Assembly: GCA_051362555.1 (NCBI GenBank)
Contig: CM120647.1
Span: 18,328,651 to 18,392,650 of the forward strand
Source of the DNA: Lingula anatina
Taxonomy: Eukaryota > Animalia > Brachiopoda
Direction of reading: 5' to 3'
DNA length: 64,000 bases
Shown piece by piece: positions 12,401 through 24,508 of the stretch. Below the pieces are notes generated by a model. The model saw only the letters and a program-made list of their open reading frames with translations, was not told the origin of the DNA and searched no databases. Numbering within the stretch: position 1 is the first letter of the stretch; each line of letters begins with the position of its first letter. The translations under genes and the position numbers were made by a program.

Positions 12401-15086
12401 ATACTGGCAATCTTACTATGACCTTGATATTGACCTTTATTTTAATTTATTATTTTATTTTAATTAATTTTTTCTGTACGAAATTTAAGGCACATTATGG
12501 TAACTCCAAAATTATAACATCTAGTCCCTTATATCTCCAAAACTGGCAGAGATAGGTCCATAGTTACTATTGAAGTTGAATAGGAAGTCATATACTGGCA
12601 ATCTTACTATGACCTTGATATTGACCTTTATTTTAATTTATTTAAGGCACATTATGGTAACTCCAAAATTATAACATCTAGTCCCTTATATCTCCAAAAC
12701 TGGCAGAGATAGGTCCATAGTTACTATTGAAGTTGAATAGGAAGTCATATACTGGCAATCTTACTATGACCTTGATATTGACCTTTATTTTAATTTATTA
12801 TTTTATTTTAATTAATTTTGTCTGTACGAAATTTAAGGCACATTATGGTAACTCCAAAATTATAACATCTAGTCCCTTATATCTCCAAAACTGGCAGAGA
12901 TAGGTCCATAGTTACTATTGAACTTGAATAGGAAGTTATATACTGGCAATCTAAATGTGACCTTTAAATTGACCTTTGACCTACTTTACACCATGAACTG
13001 AATTTTGCAAATTTTGCTTTTCTTTTATCTCCAAAACTGGCAGAGATAGGTCCGTAGTTACTATTGAACTTGAATAGGAAGTCATATACTGGCAATCTAT
13101 ATGTGACATTAAAATTGACCTTTGACCTTCTTTTCACCATGAACTGAATTTTGCAAATTTTGCTTTCCTTTTATCTCCAAAACTGGCTGAGATAGGTCCG
13201 TAGTTACTATTGAACTTGAATAGGAAGTCATATACTGGCAATCTAAATGTGACCTTAAAATTGACCTTTGACCTACTTTTCACCATAAACTGAACTTTGC
13301 AAATTTTTCTTCCCTTTTATCTCCAAAACTGGCAGAGATAGGTCCGTAGTTACTATTGAAGTTGAATAGGAAGTCATATACTGGCAATGTAAATGTGACC
13401 TTAAAATTGACCTTTGACCTACTTTACACCATGAACTGAATTTTGCAAATTTTGCTTTCCTTTTATCTCCAAAACTGGCTGAGATAGGTCCGTAGTTACT
13501 ATTGAACTTGAATAGGAAGTCATATACTGGCAATCTAAATGTGACCTTAAAATTGACCTTTGACCTACTTTTCACCATAAACTGAACTTTGCAAATTTTG
13601 CTTCCCTTTTATCTCCAAAACTGGCAGAGATAGGTCCATAGTTACTATTGAAGTTGAATAGGAAGTCATATACTGGCAATCTAAATGTGACCTTGAAATT
13701 GACCTTTGACCTACTTTTCACCATGAACTGAACTTTGCAAACTTTTCTTCCCTTTTATCTCCAAAACTGGCTGAGATAGGTCCATAGTTACTATTGAACT
13801 TGAAAAGGAAGTCATATACTGACAATCTAAATGTGACCTTAAAATTGACCTTTGACCTACTTTACACCATGAACTGAATTTTGCAAATTTTGCTTCCCTT
13901 TTATCTCCAAAACTGGCAGAGATAGGTCCATAGTTGCTATTGAACTTGAATAGGAAGTCATATACTGGCAATCTAAATGTGACCTTGAAATTGACCTTTG
14001 ACCTACTTTTCACCATGAACTGAACTTTGCAAACTTTTCTTCCCTTTTATCTCCAAAACTGGCTGAGATAGGTCCATAGTTACTATTGAACTTGAAAAGG
14101 AAGTCATATACTAGCAATCTAAATGTGACCTTAAAATTGACCTTTGACCTACTTTACACCATGAACTGAATTTTGCAAATTTTGCTTTCCTTTTATCTCC
14201 AAAACTGGCTGAGATAGGTCCGTAGTTACTATTGAACTTGAATAGGAAGTCATATACTGGCATTATAAATGTGACATTAAAATTGACCTTTGACCTACTT
14301 TTCACCATGAACTGAATTTTGCAAATTTTGCTTCCCTTTTATCTCCAAAACTGGCTGAGATAGGTCCATAGTTACTGTTGAAGTTGAATAGGAAGTCCTA
14401 TACTGGCAATGTAAGTGTGACCTTGAAATTGACCTTTGACCTACTTTTTATCATGAACTGAACTCTGCTAATTTCTTTCTCTTTTAACTTCAAACTTGAC
14501 AGAGATAGGTCCATAGTTACTCTTGAACTTGAATAGGAAGTCATATACTGGCAATTTACTGTGACCTTGAAATTGACCCTTGACCTACCTTACGAAGAAC
14601 TTAAATTTGATTGTACCATATATATTTTTTGCAATAGTTTAAAAATTCTTGTTGATTGTCTTTTTACAGCTTGTCAAGCACAAAACTGGCGGCTGTGTCC
14701 CTTATTTTGTGTATGTGGGGGTCTATACGAATGCGTTTGCTCCAGCTGGTGGTACAATATTTGGAGGCGGTATCGCCTCTCTGATCCTCTAGTTATTATT
14801 ATTTTTTTTTTTTTGCAGATATTTTGTAAATGCAACTCAACACAGTTTTTGCATGATAACTTTGTTTAGATGAAAATTATCAGAATGGAACAAAACTGGA
14901 TTTAAGTGTAAAATAACATTAAAAATGACAAGTAACATGATTTTTTTTTCAGTTTTGGAGGCAGAAATTATAGGTGGCAGCTCAAGTCAAGATGATCCTC
15001 TTGAAGACGTTGCACAGCTGAAAAAGTCCCTTCATAGTATTCTCTTTGACCTAAGCAAGGTGAAGAGGATGGCCTTATACCACTGA
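850..15086 (+). CDS. PHF20L1: PHD finger protein 20 / PHF20-like 1 (two Tudor domains, Lys-rich region, C2H2 finger, PHD finger, C-terminal coiled coil); ~1169 aa plus an unresolved N-terminus
   Basis: 18 GT-AG exons in continuous frame: 850-1021, 1587-1760, 2027-2153, 2339-2425, 2852-2905, 3183-3430, 3802-3883, 4165-4260, 4647-4844, 5836-5949, 6174-6377, 6783-6971, 7325-7491, 7979-8078, 9171-9366, 9943-10858, 11025-11277, 14953-15086 (TGA). Motifs: Tudor1 [23 protein letters not shown]; Tudor2 [15 protein letters not shown]; [26 protein letters not shown]; [39 protein letters not shown]; C-terminal [12 protein letters not shown]. The small low-complexity middle exons are less certain. Confidence 0.9.
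1805..1910 (+). repeat. ~33-bp minisatellite, about 3 copies
   Basis: TGTGACACCAGAAGCAATTGAGATTGTGTTGGA repeated in an intron. Confidence 0.8.
4945..5270 (+). repeat. 46-bp minisatellite (two ~23-bp subunits), about 7 copies
   Basis: TGTAATTGTGTTGGCTGTGACACCTCCATTGTGTTAGCTGAGACAT at 46-bp spacing (4948, 4994, 5040, 5086, 5132, 5178, 5224). Confidence 0.9.
6390..6476 (+). repeat. (CCCT)n/(CT)n microsatellite
   Basis: Directly visible; explains the spurious poly-SL/ER ORF tails. Confidence 0.9.
8168..8835. mobile_element. Non-autonomous DNA transposon (MITE) with ~75-bp TIRs and an 8-bp TSD
   Basis: TIR CACCCTGAGCTTCAGAGCTAACTTGACACTAACC..TCACTGTAGCCTATCTTCATCGTGTCAAGTAACC is near-perfectly mirrored at ~8765-8835. 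Flanked by CAATACTG at 8160-8167 and 8836-8843. It interrupts a 20-bp minisatellite. Confidence 0.88.
9427..9804. mobile_element. TTAA-flanked MITE (Kolobok-type termini)
   Basis: TTAA|AGGTGCATAC ... GTATGTACCT|TTAA. Confidence 0.7.
11343..14794 (+). mobile_element. Helentron/HINE (DINE-1-like) non-autonomous element carrying a 146-bp satellite array, in the last PHF20 intron
   Basis: 5' hairpin TGTACCACCAGC-GTTAGC-GCTGGCGGTACA, then a (CCGGCTCCG)-like microsatellite and a central tandem array. The 3' end has subterminal IR GCTGGTGGTACAAT, palindrome GAGGCGGTATCGCCTC and a CTAGTT end. Inserted in an (ATT)n tract. A second copy is at 62843-64000. Confidence 0.85.
12262..14590 (+). repeat. Tandem array of 15 core copies (spacings 191, 157, 191, then 11 x 146 bp)
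   Basis: Core GAGATAGGTCC at 12358, 12549, 12706, 12897, 13043 ... 14503. Confidence 0.95.
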
Positions 15087-16524
15087 CACCAGCTCCAGCC
15101 CAGTTTATAGAAATAGGTTGCAATTCACAAAGAATCTGCAGTCAAAAACCATTATTATATCTAAACATAAATTCTGCATTTTGTAAGGGACAAAATTATT
15201 GGACAATCCATTCCCTTTGAGAAATAGAAATTATACAGATGTGCTCTTTTGAGGTGAATGAAGTTTCTGGAGCAGAGGATCCCAGTTGTAATAAAAGAAA
15301 ACAAATGAAAGCTGGTTTTCTGTGTTCATTTTCTGTAAAACTTGTGACTTTGTAGGGTTTTTTTACTTCAAGTAAATGGGGTAACATTAAATTCACTTTC
15401 AACAAAATGATTGACAATTAAGCAACAAGCAGCCCACAATATTTTAATTGTCAATGATACAATGACTAAAAACAATTTTTCTTTTGTGAACTTAGGCCTT
15501 TTCCACATGAATTTCTTCTTTTGCAAAACCCACCAAAAAAAAAAAAAAAATAATAATAATAATAATAAAATAATAATAATAATAAAACAGATATTTCTAA
15601 TTAAAAAATTTGTAAAACTTCACAATGCATTGCAATGCAATTACACAACGTATTGGATGAAAGCAAGCCCTGAGTTTTTTTTTTTTTTAACATAAATTAT
15701 ATTTTACAGAATTATAAATGAACACTCAATAAATGTTTACAGATTAACATTCCTGTACAAGTAAAAGTTCTGGGGTGGAAGCTCAAAATGACATTGCAAT
15801 GAACCTTCACGAAAATGGTGTAAAAAGCATATGGTTACAGCATTCTGACTCTGTTTTCGTCTGTTAAGTGTCATTAATTTCTTATCCCTTTTGACATTAA
15901 TGTCATATATACTAATATTCACAATTCAAAACCCATTTCAATCTGTTACTCGTAACAGAGTCACAATAATGAAGGAATGATAACATATGGCACACAAATA
16001 TTTAGCTTAAGACTCAAGACTCAACTAAAATGGTCACAAGGTGGAAAAAACTACTGGGAAACAAAGCCCTTTATTATCATGGTGTTCTCTCATTATATGT
16101 AATGTAAATGGCATTACTAATGCCACAAAAATAATATATACAAATCTGGATCCAACTTAGCTCTCTCACTCATGCCTTAATAGCTTATTATGGGCATGTT
16201 TTAGCCCATACTTCTTCATATTGTAAATTACTCAATACATATGACAACTAAATTTTGTAGCAATGCCATATAACTGATTAACTTGTTATAATTTATGGGA
16301 TTTTATTTTTTGTTTTTCAAAATTGCCCTTTTCGGACTACAACTCTCAAAACTAAGTGGCTTAATATAAGAAACAAAATTATTATCCAGTAAAACAAAGC
16401 TGATTCTTTGTATGTTTAATAGGCATGTTTAATAGGCTATGTAGCAAAGAATTTAGTCTTTTTTGGGTCACGCAGACCTTTTTATCTGTCCTTGACCTTG
16501 GACTTATTACCAACTGTAAAACAT

Positions 16525-19500
16525 CTAAACTGCAGTCTCTTTTCTAGGCCAGGGGTCACCTTTCAACTCTCTTTCCCTGATACCTGACCTCCAGACTCTG
16601 ACCTTAAAATCGTCACTAACAGTCACCAGCATCTCTCTGTCCACAGGATTGAAGGCAACGCAGTTCACCACGTTGTCGTGAGGGAGTTTGGCCAATTTAC
16701 AATAGTAGTTTCTGTCCCATAGGTATGCATGTTTGTCCTCTGATCCACTAGAATTGAAGGAAGTGAAAAGGTTTATAGTTAGATTTGTACATAACAATTA
16801 TAATTACATTCATCAACAACCACATACCCCAGTACATGCAAAAAAAAAAAAAAATACTGACACATCTAGTATATTTTTCTCATAGTAATAATGTTACAGT
16901 ACTATAAGTATTACCATTAGTTGTTCAAAATTACAAACTGAATAATTATGATTTTTTTAGAAAAAGATTATTACTTCTTCAAAAAAGACTTCTTCACTTC
17001 TCAAAACTGCTAATTTCTGTCAAACAACATGCAAAATATTTCTTATCAATTCATATCTGATATTAAGTATGTCTGCAGGTACATTTACACGCAATTAAAT
17101 ACACATACTGGTATAAACACACAAAAACACATTTATGAACACTGACAAATGCACGCAAAAAACATACATGTAACACACACACGCACGCAGGCACGCGCAC
17201 AGACACACACGCACACCTGCTAATATCCTCTACCAGGGTGACAGATTAATTTTTCACAGTTATGTCTCTAGATAAATAGACAGTCATTTTGGTATGATGT
17301 CGCATCAGCAAAAAAAAGTCCACAATAATAACTGTGGCCCTGGTAGAGGGTACACCTACTAACACATACAGTATACCCGCAAAGATAAACATCTACCCAC
17401 CTAGCTACATATTTATCACAAACATCCAAAAATATGTAAAAGCAGTCTTCACTTGGCGTAAACCCCCGATGACCTTTGTAGAGAACCCCAATGTCCTTCA
17501 TCTTGACAAGGTCAATTACATGCATGTCTATCTCTTCTTTTATTGGTGGTATCCAAGTGTCATCCCTCACCAGGTGGCAGTCTGATCGCCAGGAACGGAT
17601 GTTCACATAAAGAAATCTAGGATAATGGAGAACAATTAATGATATAAGCCTAGAGATAGAAAATCATTATGGTAATAATCAGAGCTCAACATTACCATAA
17701 CCTATTTCACTTGGTTGCTACTGAACGCAACCAGGCTAGGTGGTTTGGCTGCTGTTCCAGATTTAAAACAAAATATTTCTCGAGGAGGGAAGGGGGGGAG
17801 GGGCTTACCAAGCATGCAATGAAATACTTATTACTTTCTAACTGATACTCCAGATTCAAAAATAATTCCAAATAGAAAGTAATGCAAGTTCCACTGTTTT
17901 TCTGACAAAATAAAATTTAAGGAAATGTAATATATTATTGCTATCTTATAATCAACACAAACAACTACTGTTCATGTTAACTAAGAGGAGCCAATACCAT
18001 AAAACAGACTGGAAAACATACAATAAAAGAAAATTATTCATAATGGAATCAGTTTCATTGTTGGGCAATTGCATGGGTGAAAGTTGTAAATTTAAAACTA
18101 AAATTCCAAAAACATAGCTTGGAATTCCTTATCACATTTGGATCATTAAAAAAAAAAAAAAAAAAAAACCTATCAAAACAGTGACTGAAAATCCCAAAAT
18201 CAGGCATAATCCTGAAAACCTTCACCCATGAGCTCTATGTCTTCAGTGAAACTGGCCCCATGGCTCCTTGTTGATCCTTACCTTTGGTCTGGAGATAAAC
18301 AAAGTCCTATAATCTGTCCCTTCATTTGGAACATGTAATCAGGAGAGGAATCTTCCTCCAAGAAGTGAATTAGCTCCCCGTCCAAGTACAATCCCGTCTC
18401 GACTCCAACGTCTATTTTCTTTATACCAATTTGATGCGGCACAAACCCCTGCGTCCCAGCTGTGAAGATCAGATATTTTTGATTACTTTTCATAGCATCT
18501 CTCCGCTGCCAGTACAGCCTGGCCAGCTCATCTTGTGTCAGTTCATCTATAGAGCTGTTGTCCGAGTCCTCACGTTCCAAACAGCCAAGAAAATCCTGTT
18601 CTGAACCCAAATGCTGCCTTATGTCTTCTCCGTTAATTTTAACATCTTTTTCCACAGCCTGCCTCTGGTCTAACTGTGACCCTGCAAGGCCATACTGATT
18701 AATGGATGAGTCTGTTTGGGCATCATGACTGACCTCCGATACTGATGGATCAGATGGGCCTTCTGTACACGCTGGCATGTAATTTCCCCAATCTGTGTCA
18801 TGAACATCACCACAAGATGGCGGCACTGTCTGGACCACATCCCTTTCCCATCCGCTGCCACCAGAAGGATTGCTCACCTCTCTGTTAAGTTGAGATGTGG
18901 ATTCATCAATTTGGGATGCATCTTTATTTCCATGCTCTTCTTGAAAATATAAATGAAATAGGTAATTTCTGTTATCCTCTCCTAAATCAGCACCCTCTTT
19001 TGCCAATTCCTGCCTATTATCAACCGAAACAAGGTCAACCTGTCCTGAATGAAGGTCACATTGCCCTGAATTTGGGTCACTGTGTCCTGAATGTGAGTCA
19101 ATCTGAGTTGGATCTAGGTCCGCATGACCTGCATTGTTTTCAAAGTGACTCAGATAAAAGGAATTGCCCCCAACAGCTTGCAGCTGCTCATCTCCTGTGT
19201 GTAAATGTATATGAATATCCTTAAAGTCTACTTCCGGTCCCAGCCTCTGTTTCCTGTTACTATGGTGATCACGAGATGCAGCCATGTTGCACGATGCATC
19301 TAGGGAACTTTCTGTTTCTTGTTTGGATTTCTTTGAGGCAGCTTCATCTTCATGACAATCGGCAAACATCAGATACCTAGTAAATAAGACCATTGGTTGA
19401 AGTTATAAAAATAAATTTAGCTCGGATTCAGTTTCATGTTGAAAGCATTACCTGATATTGTATGAAAAGCTCAATTTACAAAAATGGGTGACGATGGCCA

Positions 19501-21044
19501 CGACAGAGGCAGGTGACGGCTATATGTACAGACACATCTGACAAAATGTTAGAATACCTTACAGCAATACTGTGGAGCAGGCATTTGGCTGTATATCATT
19601 CTCATGCCAAACTATCTTATTATCAATTTGTTATTTCAAAAATTTACACAGTAAATAAGTTAACATAAAACACCACATGTTGAATCTTTTATGTATTTAC
19701 AATAATTCCTAGAGTTTTTTTACCGCCTCTCATTTTACCTGGAGGCAAAACCTTCACTGTAGCAGAACATCACTCTCCTCTGCTGCCAGTCCGACATTTC
19801 AAAGTCAAACTTTTCATCTTTATTCACCTAAAAAAGTAGTATACATGTTATTTTTTTAACATTTTGCTCCAAACTGTTTTAAGACTTTAATTTATTAGCT
19901 AATGACATTATCCTATCACTTGATGTGCAATACGTATTTTAGATATTATTCATTTCAGGAAATTCCATATGTAAAACCTATTCAAAACTGTCAATATTAA
20001 ACGAAAGGATGGTAAATAAATAAGCCTTTTTGGCCTATTAAATTGTAATAAAATAAATTGATTAATACATTTTGAATACTTCATCTTTACTAATTTTTTT
20101 ATCATTGTGATCAGAAATTATAATCACATGGCAAAAATTACTCTTAGACTCAGTGAGAAACTATGAAAAAAACTTGTAATCAATTAATCAGAAACAGACT
20201 ACTTTCTAATACCTTGGCCACAAAGACCTGTGAGGAGTTATTGGCTGACCACCCAAGTTCCCCTGTTAACATAAACTCCTGGTCCAAGTATGGAGACAGA
20301 TAGAAGTCACCATACATGTCAAATGGAGAGTTGGGATAGAACCACACCAACTGGGGTACTTGTAGATGATCACCAGCTGAAATGGCAGTTAGAGGTATAT
20401 GAGACAGAGGATCTCACTGGTCAAAAATATTGTTAAAATTTTTTACTTTATATGAGAAAGAATATTTCACTGGTGGAGATTTGAAAAGATGGAAATTCAG
20501 AAACTAAAGATTATTCCATTGGCAGAAAAATCTGAATTATGAAAATATGAGAGATAATCTTTCAATGCCATAAAATTTGGACATCTTTTCATTGGTTTAT
20601 ACCAAATGTCTTCCCAAATGGACACAATGACACTTGAACATTCTTCTGATGCCTAATTATGTGGAGTTACCTGCTTTTATATTATAGACCACAATAATCC
20701 CATCAAATTCGTTGGACTGTGGTCCCACAGCGAGTATTAAGCTGTCATCGTGGTTGAACTTGGAGAACTGCGGAAATTTCATGGTTGTGTCGCGCACATT
20801 GATGCTATATTTCAAAGAGATGGGGTATTCAGCGCTCCAAACCTAAGGAAATAATGGAATACGATATATTGTCACATATTGGCCTTATATTTCAAAGAAA
20901 CTGGGCAACCTGTTGAATACGTCTTTGGAATGTAGGGTTTATTGTACAAGCATATTGATTTTTTGTTCAAAAGAGATAGGGTACCCCATGCTTCAAGCCA
21001 AATAAAGCAGTGGATATAATAAACATCTCTTGTATATAAAACCG

Positions 21045-21076
<32 letters not shown>

Positions 21077-22336
21077 TTTAAAAATAGGTATTATTATCTA
21101 AAAACTCAAAGAAAAAAACCTACGTGATCCAAATCTCAGTAATTTATGTACACTTTTATATAGCAATATAATAATTAATTTTTATGGAAATTTCAAGATC
21201 TTTCATTTAATCACAAACTTGGGTTCACCAATACCACTGACATATTCCATAATGGTTATCTTTATAGTATTACCTGTTTTTGAGTTCTAAATCTTAATTA
21301 TTGTCTAGCTCTTGTAATGGACATACACAGGACATATACAGTATATCTTCAGAACCTTTATCTTATTATAATTTTTTCTCTGAGAAGTGAAATTGACACT
21401 GATCAGAAATCAACTTACCTTAACGTGCCCGTCTTTTGAAGAGGTGGCAAAAAATTTTCCGCAGTGAGCAAAAGAGACATAGAGCACCTCATCGGTGTGT
21501 TGGGTGAGCTCTTCACTCAAAATGTCAGGAACATGATAGAACAGCCGGCGATACTCATCCTTCCAGGAGGGGATGCCCTCTGGTAGTGAGGGACTCCTGG
21601 GTAGAAATAAATGCATTTTTTTAATCATTGATATTTGAACTTTTTGGAGGATTTTTAATATCAGGGGCAGATCCAGAGATATTTTCTGACAGTCTTCCAA
21701 ATTATCTTTGTTGATCTATCCTCTATTTTTTAGTCTTCTGATGGAAAAAATTAGATACCCATCAATGTACTCATCCAGAAGATGGCCTCAATCTGCCCCT
21801 GAATATTCAATATTCTTTTGCATCATATTGAATTACTATAAAATTATACTGTAGTACTTAGTATTCTCCTGATAATATTGCAGATTTCTTTGAGAGTTAT
21901 AAAGACTTAGAAAATTAATAAAGAATATCATTTAAAAAAAAATGATAATAAAGGACTAAGTTCTGAAATGGACATAAGTCTTTTTTGGAAGTGACTAAAA
22001 TTGGGATAATTTTTAAAAAGTGAAATAACAGCAAAGTATGTGAATATATCTAATCTCAAAATAATACTGTTTAAGAATAATTAAAACAACAAATAGCCAT
22101 AAATTACAATAATAAGGAAAAAATAAGACTCCCTAAAAAAATTAATTGAGTAGAAATATTTTGCCTTACCCTTTGACATTCCATTTACAACATACAATCT
22201 CTCTCCATAAGAATTCATCCTGCGAGATTTTATACCAGTCTTTACAGACTAGCCCAGCTTGTATGATATCTAGACCAGGGAGGTAGGAAAATATGTGCAG
22301 CAGCACACCATGCGGGATTCTTTTCCAAATGCTCAT
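16525..22336 (-). CDS. FBXW5: F-box/WD repeat-containing protein 5, ~767 aa, 8 coding exons
   Basis: Exons 22336-22170, 21596-21419, 20842-20671, 20376-20213, 19827-19739, 19376-18282, 17616-17401, 16747-16525 (2304 nt, in frame). Motifs: F-box IPHGVLLHIFSYL..AGLVCKDWYKISQDEFLWR; SWKDEYRRLFYHVP..HTDEVLYVSFAH..FATSSKD; PHQIGIK; IIGLCLSPDQRFLYVNIRSW; GHRGFTP..CFYIFLDV; SGSEDKHAYLWDR..HDNVVNCVAFNP..VSDDFKVRVWRS. Confidence 0.93.
19490..19541 (-). mobile_element. Short relic of the Helentron-like family found at 60399-62322
   Basis: CGACAGAGGCAGGTGACGGCTATATGTACAGACACATCTG matches 62267-62306 CGACAGACGCAGGTGATGGCAATATGTACAGACACATCTG. Confidence 0.65.
21662..21801. mobile_element. Small MITE with CAGGGGC(A/G)GATCC termini (hAT-like)
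   Basis: CAGGGGCAGATCC ... ATCTGCCCCTG; related 5' ends at 37565 and 62432; TSD not clean. Confidence 0.55.
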
Positions 22337-22406
22337 ACTACACTGAAATCGACAGGCAACAAAATCCTTTTAGAAGCAGTCTGTTCATCAAGCAAACCTT
22401 AGTTAA

Positions 22407-22786
22407 AGGGATACCAACTGTTTGTTTTGGCCAAAAAATGAATTTTCCTGTGGTAAGCAACAATTTTCCCCAAATTACCAATGCTTAAAGAATGATCAAT
22501 CCATTCTGAAATTTACACCTTTTTTTCCCCAAAAAGTTTGGTTTTTGTAATAATCTCTTCAGAGATTATTACAGAGGGTAGTCATCTATGGAGAGCTTGT
22601 GATCTGATGGAACTTGATCTGATGACAAAAACATATTTCAGAATAATTGTGATAATTAACTGCTGTTTTGGTGGTAAAAGTCAATTTATTACATTTCTAT
22701 TAGTTGTTTACAATTTATTACATTTCTATTAGTTGTTTACAATGTATTTATGTGAAATATGCATCTTAAAGAGTTGCTATGATCCC
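22407..22786 (-). mobile_element. TTAA-flanked MITE, same family as 34644-34979 and 38545-38871, reverse orientation
   Basis: TTAA|AGGGATACCAACTGTTTGTTTTGGCCAAAAAATGAATTTTCCTG is the reverse complement of the right end of the 38545 copy; ends GATCCC|TTAA. Confidence 0.75.
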
Positions 22787-23649
22787 TTAAATTTTTTCAG
22801 AGCCTACTGGAAATTGATCTCTTTTATATCGAAGCATAGTTTCATTTTCCAAATGTTCACAATAAAACTTCGCCCAACCCTCTTTTGGATCAATTGATAA
22901 AATGTTGCAAACATTCAGACCAATGAACCTTCGGACTATCACAACGGATTAACCCTTATATTATCCCACTCAATCTGCTGTTTACCAGAAAAGGGAGAGC
23001 CATGTTGATAATAGAGCTGTATGCTGTCATTTCTGAACCTAAGGATGCCTTCAGGGTTTGTTTCAAGTCACAGGAGTCATATGAGGCATTGCTTTAATAG
23101 TGTATTAAAAAAGCGAAAACATAAACGAGGCTGTGCATATTTATGTCATGAAGTCATGAAGGATAAAATAAACTACATTTTGGTGAATTCTCTCCAATTT
23201 CTAAACCTACCTCGTTCTTGTAACAGTAGAATTATCAGGACAGGATGGAGCTGTCAGTTGTGTTTCAATCCTCGCGTCAAACTGAAGTAAATTGATAAAT
23301 AATATAATGTGAATATCGACATCCAAATTGTACAGGCCAAAGCACGACTCGAATACATCAAATCAGATGAGTATTGGTCAGATATCTGACCATCTACGAT
23401 GGTACCCTTAATCTGAGACACATGCTGGCAGTACCGCGTGCTGGTTAATCCTTCTTTTATTCTAAGTTCATGCGCGTTCTTTCCTTCCTGGGTCAGGTCC
23501 AAAGTCAAGCTATAATTTTGCAAATACCTTAGTTATCATTAAACTTTAATATTCAGAAAGCAATCTTATGGATAGACTGAATTGTGTTTTGTTATATTAC
23601 TTTTAAAATATTGTCTATAATTCCCTCAAACAAATCACATACTGACTTA

Positions 23650-24260
23650 CGAAAAAGACAGTCAGAAGTGGCAATCCCCACACCTGGAGGCAGACATCTT
23701 GAAAATATCCCGGATGTCAGTTTCGCATTGGAACACTTTCAAGTAGACAGTCTCTTAATTTTTCACTTTTGTTTTTCATGGGATGAATGTTTAAGTTATA
23801 CTCGAATATTATGGACTGTATTACTGAATGATCATCAATTGACCAAGAATAAAGTGAGCCCGTCTGGGTCAGAGAACCTGTAAGATACATCGACGTACAT
23901 TTAAACTTCCGGTACACGCAAAATAAAAAAAATAATATGACTTGTTCACAGTGACTGGCGACAGCACAGATATTTTTTAGGGTGTGCATTTATTCTGTGC
24001 CCAAACTTGAACGAGATGATAACTTCTGTTGTTACTAGAAACGTAAGTTTATATTGGTTAGTAATACTGTTAATTTACAAGCGTAAGATCGCATTCACAA
24101 CGAGTTGAGCCAGGCTTTACAAAATATGGCGGTCGTACATGAAAGAAAAACCGCCTAATCTTTTAATAGTCTCTCCGCCTCTCACACGCCTCCCCACACG
24201 TCGTCCCTGCGGGGGGACAGTCATTAAATCTCTCCTCCATTGGGACGACACAACTCGTTG
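23650..24260. promoter_or_regulatory. Bidirectional promoter region shared by FBXW5 (-) and TMEM241 (+)
   Basis: Head-to-head genes. ETS site ACTTCCGGT at 23905-23913, YY1-like AAATATGGCGG at ~24122, CpG enrichment. GTAAGT donors of non-coding exons at 23650-23645 (minus) and 24043 (plus). Confidence 0.6.
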
Positions 24261-24508
24261 TGAATGCGATCTAAGTGAATGATAAGGCCAGTCTATAATT
24301 TTCACTGCATATGTTTAAATTTAGCGGAAAATGATTGTGTCTTTTACTTTCATTTCATTTTTATTAAGCCCTGTATGTGTTTACAATTCCAGGCCAGCAA
24401 AATGTAGTGGCAATACAAGAGGAAAATGTGCATGGCAAAGACCCCATTAAGCAGACCTTGACCCTGTTGTGCATGACCTTGACTGACCTTGACCTGTAAT
24501 TTGGCCAG

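Noticed and set aside
12262-14590. Regularly spaced repeats resembling a CRISPR array; repeated ORFs [14 protein letters not shown]...
   Set aside because: Whole units are homologous with no unique spacers, there are no cas genes and the context is a eukaryotic intron. The ORFs are read-throughs of a 146-bp satellite.
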